NCBI GenBank assembly: GCA_030167865.1
Contig: JALAGF010006702.1
Span: 1 to 45,815, forward strand
Length of the DNA: 45,815 nucleotides
Source of the DNA: Craspedostauros australis
Taxonomy: Eukaryota
Reading direction: 5' to 3'
How positions within the stretch are numbered: the first letter of the stretch is position 1; the number at the start of each line of letters is the position of its first letter. The notes beneath the pieces are model-generated. The model was given only the letters and a program-made list of their open reading frames with translations. It searched no databases and was not told where the DNA came from. The position numbers were made by a program, and so were the translations under genes. Positions 10,382 to 23,540 of this stretch are shown piece by piece.

Positions 10382-12677
10382 ATGGCACCACCATCAACAT
10401 CGCCGCCGTCACCGCCACCGTCATGGACAAATATCCTGCCATGGCGGCGGCAAAATGACCAAATGGAAGACGAGCCTCCCAACGATGTGCTCAACTACGT
10501 CATACTGATCGTGCTCTACACGCTGCAGGGCATCCCCATGGGACTGTCCGCCAGCATCCCGTTCCTGCTGCAAGAAAAGATGAAGAAACTGGCCTCCACA
10601 GCTGCGATGGCGCACGCCGTGGCGGACTCCGCAACGGGCATCACGGACATGGCGGAAGCCATGGCAGAGGCGTCTGCCGAAGCCGCACGGTTATCGTACA
10701 ACGCCAACGCCATCTTCTCGCTGTGCTCGTGGCCGTTCTCCCTCAAGCTCCTGTGGGCGCCCATTGTGGATTCCGTCTTCATCCGCAGATTCGGACGGCG
10801 CAAGACGTGGCTGATTCCCGTCCAGATGATGGCCGGGATGATCATGGTGGGCGGCGCCGAGTTCGTGGAGAATCAGTTGGGGCTCGGCGGCATCGCATCG
10901 GGCGGCGCGGGCTCCACCCTCAACATCAAGGGCGTCACGATCTTCTTCTTCGTCCTGTACTTCCTCATGGCGACGCAAGATATCGCCGTCGATGGTTGGG
11001 CGCTGACGATGTTGTCCAAACAGAATCGGGGCAAGGGACCTGTTTGCAATTCGATTGGCCAGAACATCGGGTACGTGGTTGGCACCGGGCGCTGGCGGCA
11101 ACGGTGGCGATGATGATGGTGGTCGTGGTGGTGGTGGTCGATGTGTGGGTGGACTGGAATGGCCATGGTTTCATTTGCGCCATGCGCTTGTGCTTTGTGC
11201 ATTCGTGCGTCTGAAGGCAGTTGAGACCGTACAACCGACAATGGCCCACCAGAATTGACCCGCTTTCGCAGACTGCCCATCACGGTGCACACGCTCTAGC
11301 GTCTCTTCTCTTCACTCAATATCCATTCCCTCCTTCCTCTTGTGTCTCTCCTATCCATTTCTCCAACTCTTCACGCATCCGCTCGTCTCGTCCATTGCCT
11401 CCATTCATCAATGCATCCCCAGCTACTTCTTGAGCTTTGTCGGTTTCCTCGCCCTGAATGACGTGGAGAGCAGCGAGAAGTACTGGCGTCCGCTCCTGGG
11501 CCTCGCGAGCAATTCAGAAACGGGCATCGTCAGTCTTGGTGGCTTCATTCGATTCATGGGATTCTTCATGCTGGCCACCACGACCATGGTCGCCATCTTC
11601 AAACACGAAGGTTCGGCCTTCACAGGAATCAATGGCAGCAACAAGAAACAGCAACCTCTCACGCGATTGCTTGATTTCGGCGGTACGGACGACAAGCTAG
11701 GCAGTAGCAGCAGGAAGAAGAACGATGGCGATGGCAATTACGACGAGGATGATGACGATGCAGAACTGGATGCGTCGGAAATTGGATTGAAGGAAACTTA
11801 CCGCCGATTGTGGTCCGTTTGCAAACTACCGACTGTGCAAAGTCTGTTCTTTGTGCTGCTGACTTACCGTCTCCCCACCGCGCTCAGCGACAATGTCAAA
11901 TTCTTGAAGGCGGTCGAGTACGGGTTATCCAAATCGACAACTGCGCTGCTGTCACCGACACTGATTCTGCCGCTGGGGATTTTGGTGCCCATCGTCGCCG
12001 CAAAGGTCTGGCATGGACACCCCTTGCGTCAATTCATGACATCGTACAAGCTGCGTGTCACGCTGGTACCGCTGTTGGATGTGATCATGCTGTCCCTGAT
12101 CCGACGGTATAATGGCAGCGCTAGCCACTCGGCATTCTGGATCTTCCTGGTCGCATCCACTGCCATGCAGGCCATCTGCAACAGCCTTCAGTTCAACGCT
12201 CAGATGGTCTTCTTTGCCAGTCGTGTGGATCCGGCAATCGGCGGGTCCTATATGACGTTGCTGAATACGGCAGCCAACTTGGGTGGAACATGGCCCACAC
12301 CGTTGGTCATGTGGCTGATTGGGAAACTGACGTTAACGCCGACGTGCCATCATCCTGGTGATGTCGGAGACAGTGCTGCAATGACGCAGCATGCACAGAT
12401 CTGCGAAGGTGGTCGCGACCCCTACATGGCAATTCAGGGCATTCTGTGTGTGATTGGCGTGGGATGGATATTATTCTTCGGTCCCAAGGTGCGACGATTG
12501 GCGAAAGCCGTCGACAGCGAATGGAGGACGAAGGAGTCAGCTGACAAGAAGCAGAGCGGATCATCATCAATACCGTTTGCATCATCGACGAGGACGAACC
12601 GCGATCGTTCCGATTTGGAATCGGCGGATGTGGACATCAGCACATGGCGTGGGAAAGCCAGCGAGAAGCATGAGTAG
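10382..12677 (+). CDS. SLC33A1: ER acetyl-CoA transporter AT-1 family, MFS (exons 10382-11070, 11423-12677; ~647 aa)
   Basis: Motifs LYTLQGIPMGL, WPFSLKLLWAPIVDS, ATQDIAVDGWALTML and DPAIGGSYMTLLNT. Intron 11071-11422 (GTACGT...CCAG) restores NSIGQNIGYFLSFVGFLALN. An alternative in-frame ATG is at 10463. Confidence 0.93.
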
Positions 12678-13902
12678 GCACCGTGCGTATTAGAATGGTG
12701 AATGCTGCGTATGCACTGATAGCCGCACAAGTAATGCCATCGTCCGAACTATCTAGAACTATTCCTGCTACTCTGGTCTTCATCACGTTTCTATCCTGTC
12801 GTGGTTCGAGATAGAGGGTAGCACAGCGCAATGTTGAGCACCCAGGTGTTCCACGGTATTAGTACTCTGGAGAGTACATATGGCGTGCCATGACAATGCA
12901 ATGTTCGGTTGCTGGTCATGAATTGCATGCAAACGTCTGGACATGATAGTACGACTCGCGGTCGAGAGAGCACTCGTGGCAACGATGGGAGAGCCGTTCG
13001 CAGCTAGTCTGCGGGACAGCTTCCCGGAGAGACACGGGGCAGATTCGTATTAGCGCAAGTACAAACAAAGGCAACGCGACAGCGATTGTCACCACAGCTA
13101 AACATGGCAGAGCACGGTGCTCGACTCCACTTTCTCTCTCTCGACAACAAGAGGTTTGCCTGCCAAGTAGCAATGTTTCGCAGCCCTACTCATTTCTGGG
13201 AATGTGTTCGTATAATACCTTCATGTACCATACGAGTATCACCTTGGTCCATGCCATTGAAGCTGTGAGACAGTCCGTCAGTGCATGCCTTCAGTCGTTG
13301 TGCATCATAAAATATTCATTAATATGTTCGCATAAAGTGTTGCTTGATTCTCACTGTTGGATGACGATCCAATCAATGCCACTTGTCCCATCCTTGCACG
13401 TGCACGTGCTTCTCTTCACGTATGCTACGTACGGTACGTTCGTCTTGTTCGCGCATGCATCTTCAATGCTCTTGCTCGCTCCTTCGTTCTGACACTTGCG
13501 CTGTTGCTGTTTCCTTCCGATTCTGCAAATTGGTCGATGAACTGCTTGATTGCTTGCGAGGTTCGTCTCTCGATTCATCCGTTGATCTTGTGTGCGCGCC
13601 ACGGTAACCACGGTCATCCAGATCCTTGACCATTGCTGCTGATGCTCTGACGCCGCTGTCGTTTCCAACATGGAAATCCCGCTCATTCTTCAACAGGGGG
13701 CATGCTGTGGTACGTTGTTCGCACAGCACGGGCGTCAGGATGAAATGCAGAACAGTGCTCTGGAGGGTATTTGGTGCTCTGGACACGCTCGTAGCCCGTT
13801 CGTGCCGCACCCATCCCACCATACTCGACCACACATCATGATGAACAAACGTCCATCGATCTGCTGGTGTTGTACCACACGCAGGTCAATCGTCGACTTC
13901 CC

Positions 13903-14363
13903 TTACTGAAGCGATGGAACTGCCGTGCGGAAAAGGTTGAGCACTTGGACGAGACTGGATCCGACGACGACGACGAGGAAGAAGATGATTAAGGTCTTGG
14001 AAATTGGTGACTCTTCCTCGTGATCGGCGGCTCTGCCAACCGGGACATTGCCGCGCTTCGTGATGTTCTCATCGAACTTCTTGTTGCGGTTGCGGATGTT
14101 TCTTGGGAGCGGCTGTCTCATGCGGTATCCATTGGCGCAGCGCAATCGTTGGCAATCGAATGAATGAGTGAGTGCATAAATGCCGAAAGTGAAAGTGAAT
14201 GGCCGTGCAGCCAAGGCAAGCAGCAAGTCCAACACCATCCACGTGCAAGGCCGCATCAACGCCAACCATCCACCGTATCCGCAGCATGACCGCACTGGTC
14301 GCCTCGCAACCGCACTTCGCAAGCATGAAGGGCACACGGGCGCATCTCATCTGCGCTTACCAT
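13903..14363 (-). CDS. SERP1: Ribosome-associated membrane protein RAMP4/SERP1 (exon 1 = ATG only, 14363-14361; exon 2 14112-13903; 70 aa)
   Basis: RNIRNRNKKFDENITKRGNV...PISKTLIIFFLVVVVGSSLVQVL matches RAMP4. There is an ATG|GTAAGC donor at 14360 and an ACAG|CCG acceptor at 14113. Confidence 0.88.
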
Positions 14364-14948
14364 GATTGACGATTCGGTTGTTGAGTGTGGTTGTGGTGCA
14401 AGCAGAGTAGAGCAAGGTATTATTATATCTGTTTGGTGCGGATGATGGGGAAGATGTGTTGCTGTTGGGACGGATGCTCAGTCGCTTTTGCTCTCTGTGG
14501 TGGGTGTGTGTCTCTTGGTTTCGGCGCGATGATGTTTTTGCTCAGTAATGACCACCACATGACGGTCAGAACGTCGTTTTGTGGTCATCGACATTGCCGC
14601 GAAAAAACCGTTCCTTTTGCTTTGTTTTGTGATCTTGTGGAGATCGTTGCAACATTCGAGTTAGTCAATGCGATCCAATTTGTCAGTGTACGACTATCCT
14701 TGGGAAGACTTCATAGGATCCAACGCTGTGGGACAATACCACGACGACGCAGGGGTGCGAGTCGCATGTAGAGTACTACTATTCTACTCCTGTTGCACAA
14801 CATTGATCTTCTCTACCATACTCTTGTTACCAGCTATCTACCAATGGCAATCCTCGAGCCTAACATGTTTCCATTCCATTCTAAATTCGTGGCCCACACC
14901 ACGAGTGGTGACTCCGCGAGCACTGCCCGATTCGTCGTGATGGCAGGC

Positions 14949-17900
14949 TCACATAATCGTGTAAAAAGAGGGGCGTTTGCGTTGCCGTCCTGACCTTGGT
15001 GGTGTCATGAGCGGCGCCTCCTTCGCCTCCTTCCCTTTCTTGGTTGGCTGTTTTGTTTCGCACAGTGGCTCCTCCCCCACAATTTCAAAGTCGATGACGG
15101 CCGATGAAGGTCCGTTCTTCCTCTGTGGTGCATCGCGATCGTGTCGGGGGCGCTTCTTTTCTGGCATTTGGGCTGCGGTCTCCGATTTTGGAGGTCTGCC
15201 CCTTCGTTTTGGTCCGCTTCGTTGGAGAGGAGAGCGTGAAGGCGTATGAGTAGAAGGGTTCGCCGTGGATCGCTGCTTTTGGGCATTTGGTTGGCTGGTT
15301 GCTTTCTTCTCCTTGTCCAAGCGTTTCGTCAACCGTTTGATTTCGAATTCCAACATGTCCTCCTCATCGCCATCTTCCAGCTGAACGGAGTAGTACATGG
15401 AATCTGGAGTCGGCTGCGCCAAGACGCGGACAGCCTTCGTGCCCAGCTTCATGTATTCCTTCCGAAACGTATGGCCGACCTTGAACAGCGGTCCCACAGT
15501 ATTCTCATTCTCCGTTTCCGAATATAGCTTCTCTTCTTCGTTCGTTTCGGAATTGTCGTGTTCGTGTGGTACATCATCTCCCTCGCCCGCATCGCTATCG
15601 CTGTCGCCATCGTCGTTGTCGTCACGCTTCGCGGAAGCTTTCTTACGCAACTTCGCTTCTTCGGCCTGCGCTTTCGCCGCTTGCGCCTCCTGCTTCTTCA
15701 TGATGAGGAATCGTTTCTCGAGACCACGTGCCATTTGCAAATCTGTGATCATGCGACTCAGTTTGTCCAAATCGGCCATCCATCCGTTGGCTTCGTCCTC
15801 CACCGGATACAATTTGATTCCCTCGTGACCGATTTCTTGAAAGCTTGGGATCTTGACACGAGGTGTCAGGTGGGTACTCTCTGATGCCTGCGACGATGCC
15901 GCTGCTGGTGGCGGCGCACCATCCGCTCCGTCCTTTGCTTCTGCCTCCTGCATTTCTGGGGGCACCCCTGCTCGTGCTCCTGCATCTGGTGTTCCTGCTT
16001 CCACGTCCATGTCTGTACCTTTGTTCGTTCCAATCTCTCCACCATAAGCACGGGCACGAGCACGGGCATCAGCGTCATCACCACCGACACCCGCAGAGGG
16101 CGCAGCGGCGCTTGCTGCTGCGTTTTCGCCGCTGGTCCGTTCCTCTGAGCTGGGCGGTCCATCGTACGGTCTGCAAATCTGACAATACCAGTCTTCTTCT
16201 GGGACTTTCGGCAAGCCAATGCAATGCTGTGGACAGAAGTGTGCACGCGGACACGGGCACGAGCATGGGCAGTGTTGGACGCGAGCGGAACACTCGTACA
16301 TGGTGCGGTCATGGAGTTAGGGAAATGAACGTGTGAGATACTAAATCGCATTTTGCAAGGAACGCAACCTCATCCACGCACGCGTACGCGCACACCCAAA
16401 GCCATACAATGGCGAACGTACCGTATGGACCACATTTGCACATCCATCGCAACACAAGACGTCACCGCTCAATCCACAGATGATGCAATACACGTAGTGA
16501 CCATCTGAATCGTCGACGGGGAATGTTTCTTTGATGAAACGCCAGCTCAACCGTAGTGGATCTGACAATGCCTTTCCCATCACCTCAAAGAGTTCTTGCG
16601 CAAGCTTCAGCGCATCCTGGGCTATTTCCAGTTGTACTGCCGGGTCGGCCTTGGGTGCAGCGTCCTTTGCCTTCGGTACGATTCCTGCTGATGGAGCATC
16701 GGCTGAAGATGGTTGCGGCGCACCTACACCTGCACCTGATGGCAAGGCAGAGACCACTTCACTTCCTTGCGTTGATGGCGGCGCGATCGTCTCTTCGGGT
16801 GTGCTTGCCGCCTGCTGTGCTTCTATCGCGGCCGTCGCGGGCCTCAGAGGCCCAATGAGACCATCGATCCCTCCGCCGCTACCAAAGCAATCCACATAGT
16901 CCAAATTGAAATTGGAATGTCCCTTTTGCACTCTGCACTCGTACAGCGGACGCCATCGCGCTTCGCAGCGAAGGCACGGTAAAAGTTTGACATCGCGACA
17001 GTACAAACTTTGCGTCAACCTGTCATTCTTCATCATATCCATGCTGCCAATAACGATGTGGCTCTGAGGAACTGTGACTTGCCTCGTTGCAACGGGCGCG
17101 GTCATCGCTGGACAAGGCATGGTGCCAGGGGACATTGCCGGGATCACAACAACGGAGGGGTTGGTATTCCACGGAGCATGGTTGCTGATGAAAGGCACGC
17201 AGGAAGGGGGAGCGTCCATGTAAGCCGCAGGGTTGGCCTGAGTTTGGAAACCATGCGTTGGATTGACCGGGACGGTGATGACAATGTCATCGCCCAGCAC
17301 TTGCTCGCCACCGCATGTGATTTGTAGCTTGATACTTCCACTCGATCTGTTTCGATTTCTTTTCGGGTCACGACCTGCGACTGCAACCACCCACTTGATC
17401 TTTTCCAGATGATCATTTTGTGTCGGCGTGAGCTTCACAATGTCAGCCACCTTACGCTGGATGGCTCCGAGCTCTTTGAGGCCAAAGATGTATATAACAC
17501 GTTCTTGATTCATCGTACATGCGAGGACCTAATGTTGGCATTCGTTGACACGGTGGGAGCCAGCCATTCATTGAAAGAGATGCAATAGGGTGGAGCGGGT
17601 GAGATGAAAATATGATCGCACAGCAGAGTATGGTGGAACATGGAGTGAGAAACAGGTGAGCAAGGCGTCGGCTGTTGAGCCTCGTCGATTCCATTTCGGT
17701 TCATTTTGTTGCACGAGATGTCGCTGCGAGTTCCAATTACTTACCGTTGCGTACACCCTTCGAATAACCATGATCTGCTGTGCCAAAACCTGTTCTTCAG
17801 CTGACAATTTCGGCGTGCCCAGACTAGCCGTCACGGTGGCATATGCAGCTGCACCGTGTGATTTGTTCTCCGCACTCTGGACCTGCGTGTGTTGCGCGTC

Positions 17901-20900
17901 GGCACATGCCACCGAAGCCGTTGGAGGACCCTTGTTGGATTTGCTCTTTGAGCCTTTCTTGGCCATGATGGCCCTTTTGGCAACCGTCGTCGCGTGTGCT
18001 ATCCACACATTGATGTTACCTTTCTTGGAAGACAAGAACTTTGCAATACGCCGCATCGACAAGTTGGGATGCTTTTGGTGCTGTTGTTTCAGCGCGATGT
18101 AATGGACGGTGGTGACATATGCCTCCATAACATCATTTTGAACGCTCTGGATGTGCCGGTAATGTCCATTTCTGAGCCGCAACAGGATGGCTTCAATGCA
18201 CATTGTGGGGTTGGGGAGGAACGTGCCTGGTTCGTGCGAAGCCTTGCCTTCTGAGCCTTGATGCGCCGCATTGCTTCCATCTATCCACGGCGGCACAAAG
18301 TGTGTTTCCAACAGCCTGGGGTCAACACTTGGGACCGCAGGCTTCTTTCTGTACTTTGACCGTCGCGATGACTTCCCGCTATCTGCTCCAACGGATGTGC
18401 AGCCCTTCTTCTCCTGCCCCGTCAACAGAAACTCGAAGCTCGGCACGTCCTGCAACGTGCTTGCCTGCTTCGATGGGCTTCGGGAAATTCCTTGCATGGT
18501 CTCTATGCACGCCTGTGTGTCGATCTGGTCGACAGGAATATCGTTCAAAACGCGCTGTTTGATGAGATCCATGCACTCGCCAAGAGAGGTGACACTCTCA
18601 TCAGGCAATCTCGGAATTGCAGCGGCGTTCCCAACCCTGTGACCGTCGTGCTGCTGCTGTTGCTGCTTCTGCTGCTGATGTTCGGCGGCATCGGTCCAGC
18701 TTGGCTTGAGGAATGAAGTCTTGATGCACAGTGTGCACTTGCTGCAAACCGCATCAGGATCTGATGCATTGTGGGTGCCACACGGTCTCCACGTCACGCT
18801 TCCCACCAACGAGGATGGTGATGATGACTGTGTTGATGGCAATGACGATGCTGACGACGCCGATTCGGATGCAATTTGGAACAGAAGTCCAACGTGGAAC
18901 ACTGGCAGGACCATATCGAAGGAATATTTCTCACGCTTTGCTTCCGGGGAAGGAAAGCAAAGTTGCACCCATAGCACTCTTGCCTTTATCCATTGGGCAG
19001 TGGAATTCGCACCGGCATCACCAGTGTCATCGTTGCGGTTTTCTTGCGACTGCGGAGGGAGCGATGGGATTTCACACTGTGCATCGGAGAAGGCATCAAA
19101 ATGATGCTTGATGAACTTCGCGTGATTATGTCTCGAGTACAAGACGTTGTCGCCGACTTGCGGGAGCCAGAACCATGTCTCATCCGAAGGAGTATCGACA
19201 TCTTCGTTTGGGCCTTCATCATATGTCTTCGTGGTTCGGTCTGAGGCTCTGTTCGACCATTCCGCGAAGGCTCGGTATTGGACCAGCTCGCCGTGAAACG
19301 GCGTATTCGTGCCCTCTCTCATCCGCGCGTGGCGCTTGTTCACGCTGGGAAGTCCAACAAGGGACTGCAAAGAACCGGCTGTTTCGCTTCCGCCGCCAGG
19401 ATTGTTGCTTGAAGCGTCAGCCGCCGTAGGTGCCGTCGTGGTGGCAAGCAGCCGTTGCCATTGTTGCTGTTGCTTGGCCCATGCCTGGCGTCCCCTCACA
19501 TAGTTCTCCACAACATCTGCGACCATGACCTTGAGTCTTGCCACGATGTTCAGCGCGATACTGACGACCTCTGAGTCAGGATTGTTGTACAGAACGCAGT
19601 TATCCAGGATGGCTTGGATGTCAGCGACGATGGCCTCGACTGAACGGTAGTAGCACGTGTTGTTCTTGTTCTTCCTTTTGGTGGACAATCGCTTGAGGAT
19701 TCGATCGAGAGAGATTGGCACAGGTACGGCGTTCAGATAGCCAGGCGCGAGGTCTTCCGTCACCAACCTGACGAAGATGGATGCATCCTTGTTTCTCTTG
19801 ATGAAGGCTTCGATACTGACCTCGATCTCCATGCGGATATCAGCCCCCATGCGAGACGGCATCCAGATCTTTGCTGAGGTATAAGTGGATCCCTCGCCTC
19901 TGGAGACGGGCTGCCTCGACGTCATCGCAAGACTCCATGGTGAGCACTGGAAAGCATTTTGGTGTTTGTCTTTGCGGGAGACGTTCACCCCATTCCAGAG
20001 GGGTAAGGTGGATTGCAGCAGATCAATGAATCGCACGCTTGTCGCTGCCGGCGACGTTTCCTTCTTCTCCGTGGGAACGCCGCTCTCATCTGCCTGCTGC
20101 GATTTTCCTTTGTGCTCTACCCCTTCCCCTTTGTCGTTGTCGCCGCCGCTGTCACCTCCACCATCACTTTCTTCTTCCTCCGCCTCCTTTTGCTGTTGCA
20201 ACAACTTTGACATGAATTGGATGATGGCATGTGCCTCCTGGGTTGGAAGTCGCAGGCGTGTCCGTTTGTCGGTCTGTTCTCGCGACAGCAGAGCGTCGAC
20301 AGCATCCCACGAGACCTTGGAATCCACTTCACATGCGCGGACGAAGCTCTCCAGCAGACTTTGCTTGTCTTCCAGACTCGACTTGCAGTAATGCGGGCTG
20401 AGATCCCGGAAGCTCTCAATCCTCCCGCGGACTGGCTTGGTCCCAGTGGATGGCATCAAAACCTCATCCTCACTTCGAAGAGAGTGCGTGCGACAGTATG
20501 CCCACGTGAGCGGAACGAGGCATGGCTTGACATGATGGTGAGGTTCGATAACGAGCGCAAAGTTCGGCGGAACGCTCAGCGCGTGTTCCTTGTCATAGGT
20601 TTCTGACAGGACCGGCAAGAGGGGAGTCAGAGGCCTCAAAGCAACTGCAAGTCTCGCCGCTGGCTTATCTGGTTTCGACCTTTTGGCGTTCGATGGAGAT
20701 GTTGCACTGTCGGAAGCGTCGTCCACTTTCTTCTTGATCTTTTTGACTTTGGGATCGGGAGGGAATTCGGCGTGCGCTCGATCAACCCGACAAATGATGG
20801 GGAAGTCCCACATGCCCGATTCTGCTCCTTGCAACCACTCCTCGTTCCACCAACGACTCTCTTCTTTCCCAGCGTCGGCGGGATCGGAGGATGGCGTCGG

Positions 20901-23540
20901 CTGAGGTTGTGAGAGCTCCTGCTGGTGTGGCTGCTGGTGTGGCTGCTGCTGATTCTCTGGCTGTTTGAGTTCCTCTTTGGCACCGTCAGTTTGTTTCGAT
21001 GCTCCCGATGTCGCCGCCTTCTTTCCTTTGCGTATTCTTGCAGCCTCCCGCCTTGCTTTGATCCACAATGGAGTCCGCAGGTGGTTGCCGGTCTCTCTCG
21101 CAAGGATGTCAGGGTACCTGTCATAGATTGCTTTGTGTGCGGAAGGATAGTATCTAGCGAGAGTGATGGTTGCGACATGGTTGTGCGTGGTGGAGGAGGA
21201 TGGTGAAGTAAAGCTCCACAGATGGGGCGGAATACGGCAGTAACAAGTGTGTGAGTGTTTGTGATCCAAAGTGCAATCTTGACGCATGCCCGCAGTCACA
21301 ACAGGTGCCGAACACATTGAATCCAAGAGAATGCGCGTCTTCATTTGGCAAGCACGCGCACATGCAAGTATGCATGTAAGTATGCATGCAACTAGATGAG
21401 CAGAGCGTTGATATGGGCTGTACTTACAAGACCACGTCACCGATCTGCGGCACGAATGATGCCATGTGAGCACAGTGATCGCCGTTGACTTTCTCAAGCC
21501 AAGACCGGTCGACTTGTTCCGAGAACTCGCTTGATACCCAACCTCCCACGTTCCGCCCGCTCAGCACGCGCTTGGATGGAATGTTGGCCTTTGCGCCGTG
21601 ATCAAGTTGGGCAGTGGCTTTCTTGGCCTGCTTGGCTCGGGCAACATCTGATGCCGAGACGAGGTTGTGACCCTGGAGTTCAGCGGCAAGGCTCTTCCAG
21701 CTCTCATTGGCGTCGTCGTTGAGGGCCGAATCGCCTGCATCCTCAATGCCCGTCTTCAATGCCCGCCTGGTTGCTCGCGTCTTGGAGGATGCGACTGTAT
21801 CTGGTACGGTTTCCTCGGATTCGTCTTCAGCGTCATCAGCTTCTGTATCGTCCACTGCAGTGGTACTTGTTGATGCACGTCTGCTGGAATGGGGTTGAGT
21901 TGGATTCTTGGGGCATCTTTCTACCAAAAGTGAGTTCAACGACCCGGTGGCCTCCTATTTGTCATCATTGAGAGGAAGACAAACATTTGATGGGTTTGTG
22001 GTTCGCATGAGTGACGGAACCAAAAAATGTGAGACGCACGTGACGGAAGCACACTTTTGTCCGCATGGAACAAACATGGAAAAGGGTAGAGCCAGGTGGA
22101 TGGCCAGCTCGACATGCACCCTTAACTGGTCCCAACAAAATAATTGTGCGCATGGGGCCATTCACGTGATTACGCATCCACAAAGATTACGATGAATGGT
22201 AGAGCACTCACCTTGATCATCTTTGGGAAGCGGTCAATCGCATCCATGATCTGGACTTTGCGCCTGCTCAGTTCTTGCTTCTCTTCCGCCTCTGCCCTCG
22301 TCTTGCGCACCAGCAAATTGCCTTCGTGCTGTGCGATCAGATTCTGCAATTCAACCATGCGGCTGTCTATCTCTTTCAGAAGATCCAGTTTCGTGCGGCC
22401 ACCCAGCTGCCGCATCTCCTCGTCTCTGAGACGCGTGGTGCGTTCCGTTTCCGAGCGCCGTTTCTCAGTTCTCTCATGCTGTGCGAGTTCCTTCTGCCAG
22501 TGCCTCACTTCGCGCTTGGCCGCGCGCAGTTCACGGTCGATCGTCTGTAGATGTTGTCTACGAAAGGTCTTCATGCGGCGGAATTCGCTGTACACCAGAT
22601 GATCCATCCGGAGGAACCGCGCCGCAAGTGGCTTCTCCTTCTTTGGTCGGGGTTGCAGCAGCTTTTGTCGTTTCAGTTCTCTGTTTGCTTCCCTTCGTCT
22701 CTTGCGTTCCTCCTTTTCTTGCTGCAGCCTCTCATTCTCCTCTTTGCTTAGACCCTTCTCCTGCGTGTACTTGATATCTCGCTTGGTGCGTCTTGACAGA
22801 CTGGATCGGTCCCTGGCCTGTGGCGTGGAGGACTGTTGCGGATTGTCCGTCCGCTTCCGTTTCTTCGACGGCGTTGCCTTTGGCTTGGAATCGTCCAGTC
22901 CCAGCTGTGATAGGTACTGCTGGTTGCGCTTGATTCGTTCGAGGCGGAGTCTGGAGGGGTCCTCGTAAGTTGGAATGAAGGAGAAAAAGAAGTTAGCGCG
23001 CAGAGAGGAAAGTACGGCAGCATAGAGTAGTATGCGAACGCAAGCAGTGGATGCACGTCGCAAATGAAGATGGGTGAGCTTTGGCAATGGCAAGGATGGT
23101 GCCGCATGTTCTGCATAGACATAGCAGCCAAACCTCCGCGCATGAAAGCAACACGGAGTGTGCGACGTTCATCAAATAAAACCGCCGCGGAGCGCAGGAT
23201 GTATCACTTGCATTCGCGGCAGCGGCCACTGCCATCAATTCTCGTCTACCCTCCGCTGCTGCTGATGTGGTCGATGCTGTTGCCTCACTCACTTTTCGTA
23301 TTGGGACAAACCATTCTCATCTTCATCTTCATCGTCGTCGCCGCCGTTGTCATCGTCATCGTCGTAATCGCTATCATCATCGTGTTGGTCCGAACTGTTC
23401 ATCGCAGAGTTCTTGTCATCTTCCAGCTGTGCAGCAACCATGGCATCATCGTCATCCACTACTCCTTCGTTGGATTTTGCGGCGTCTTCCTTTGCAGCGC
23501 CTTGTGATGCTGCATCGCCACTTGTGTTGTCGGCATCCAT
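14949..23540 (-). CDS. Large chromatin-reader protein with BRWD/PHIP-like ancillary segments, bromodomain, PHD finger, Tudor-like domain and AT-hook (6 exons: 23540-23293, 22950-22212, 21954-21428, 21153-17745, 17528-16422, 16226-14949; ~2435 aa)
   Basis: Five GT-AG introns keep the frame (7308 nt total). Splicing rebuilds YEKLRLERIKRNQQYLSQLG, FVPQIGDVVLYYPSAH and the PHD finger CIICGLSGDVLCCDGCANVVHT|HCIGLPKVPEEDWYCQIC. Bromodomain: APGYLNAVPVPISL...YYRSVEAIVADIQAILDNCVLYNNPDS. AT-hook: KRRGRPPK. Confidence 0.85.

Noticed and set aside
21154..21497. N-terminal ~115 aa of the 1309-aa ORF 17568-21497
   Set aside because: Mostly intron 21427-21154 read through by chance. Splice sites place the exon start at 21153.
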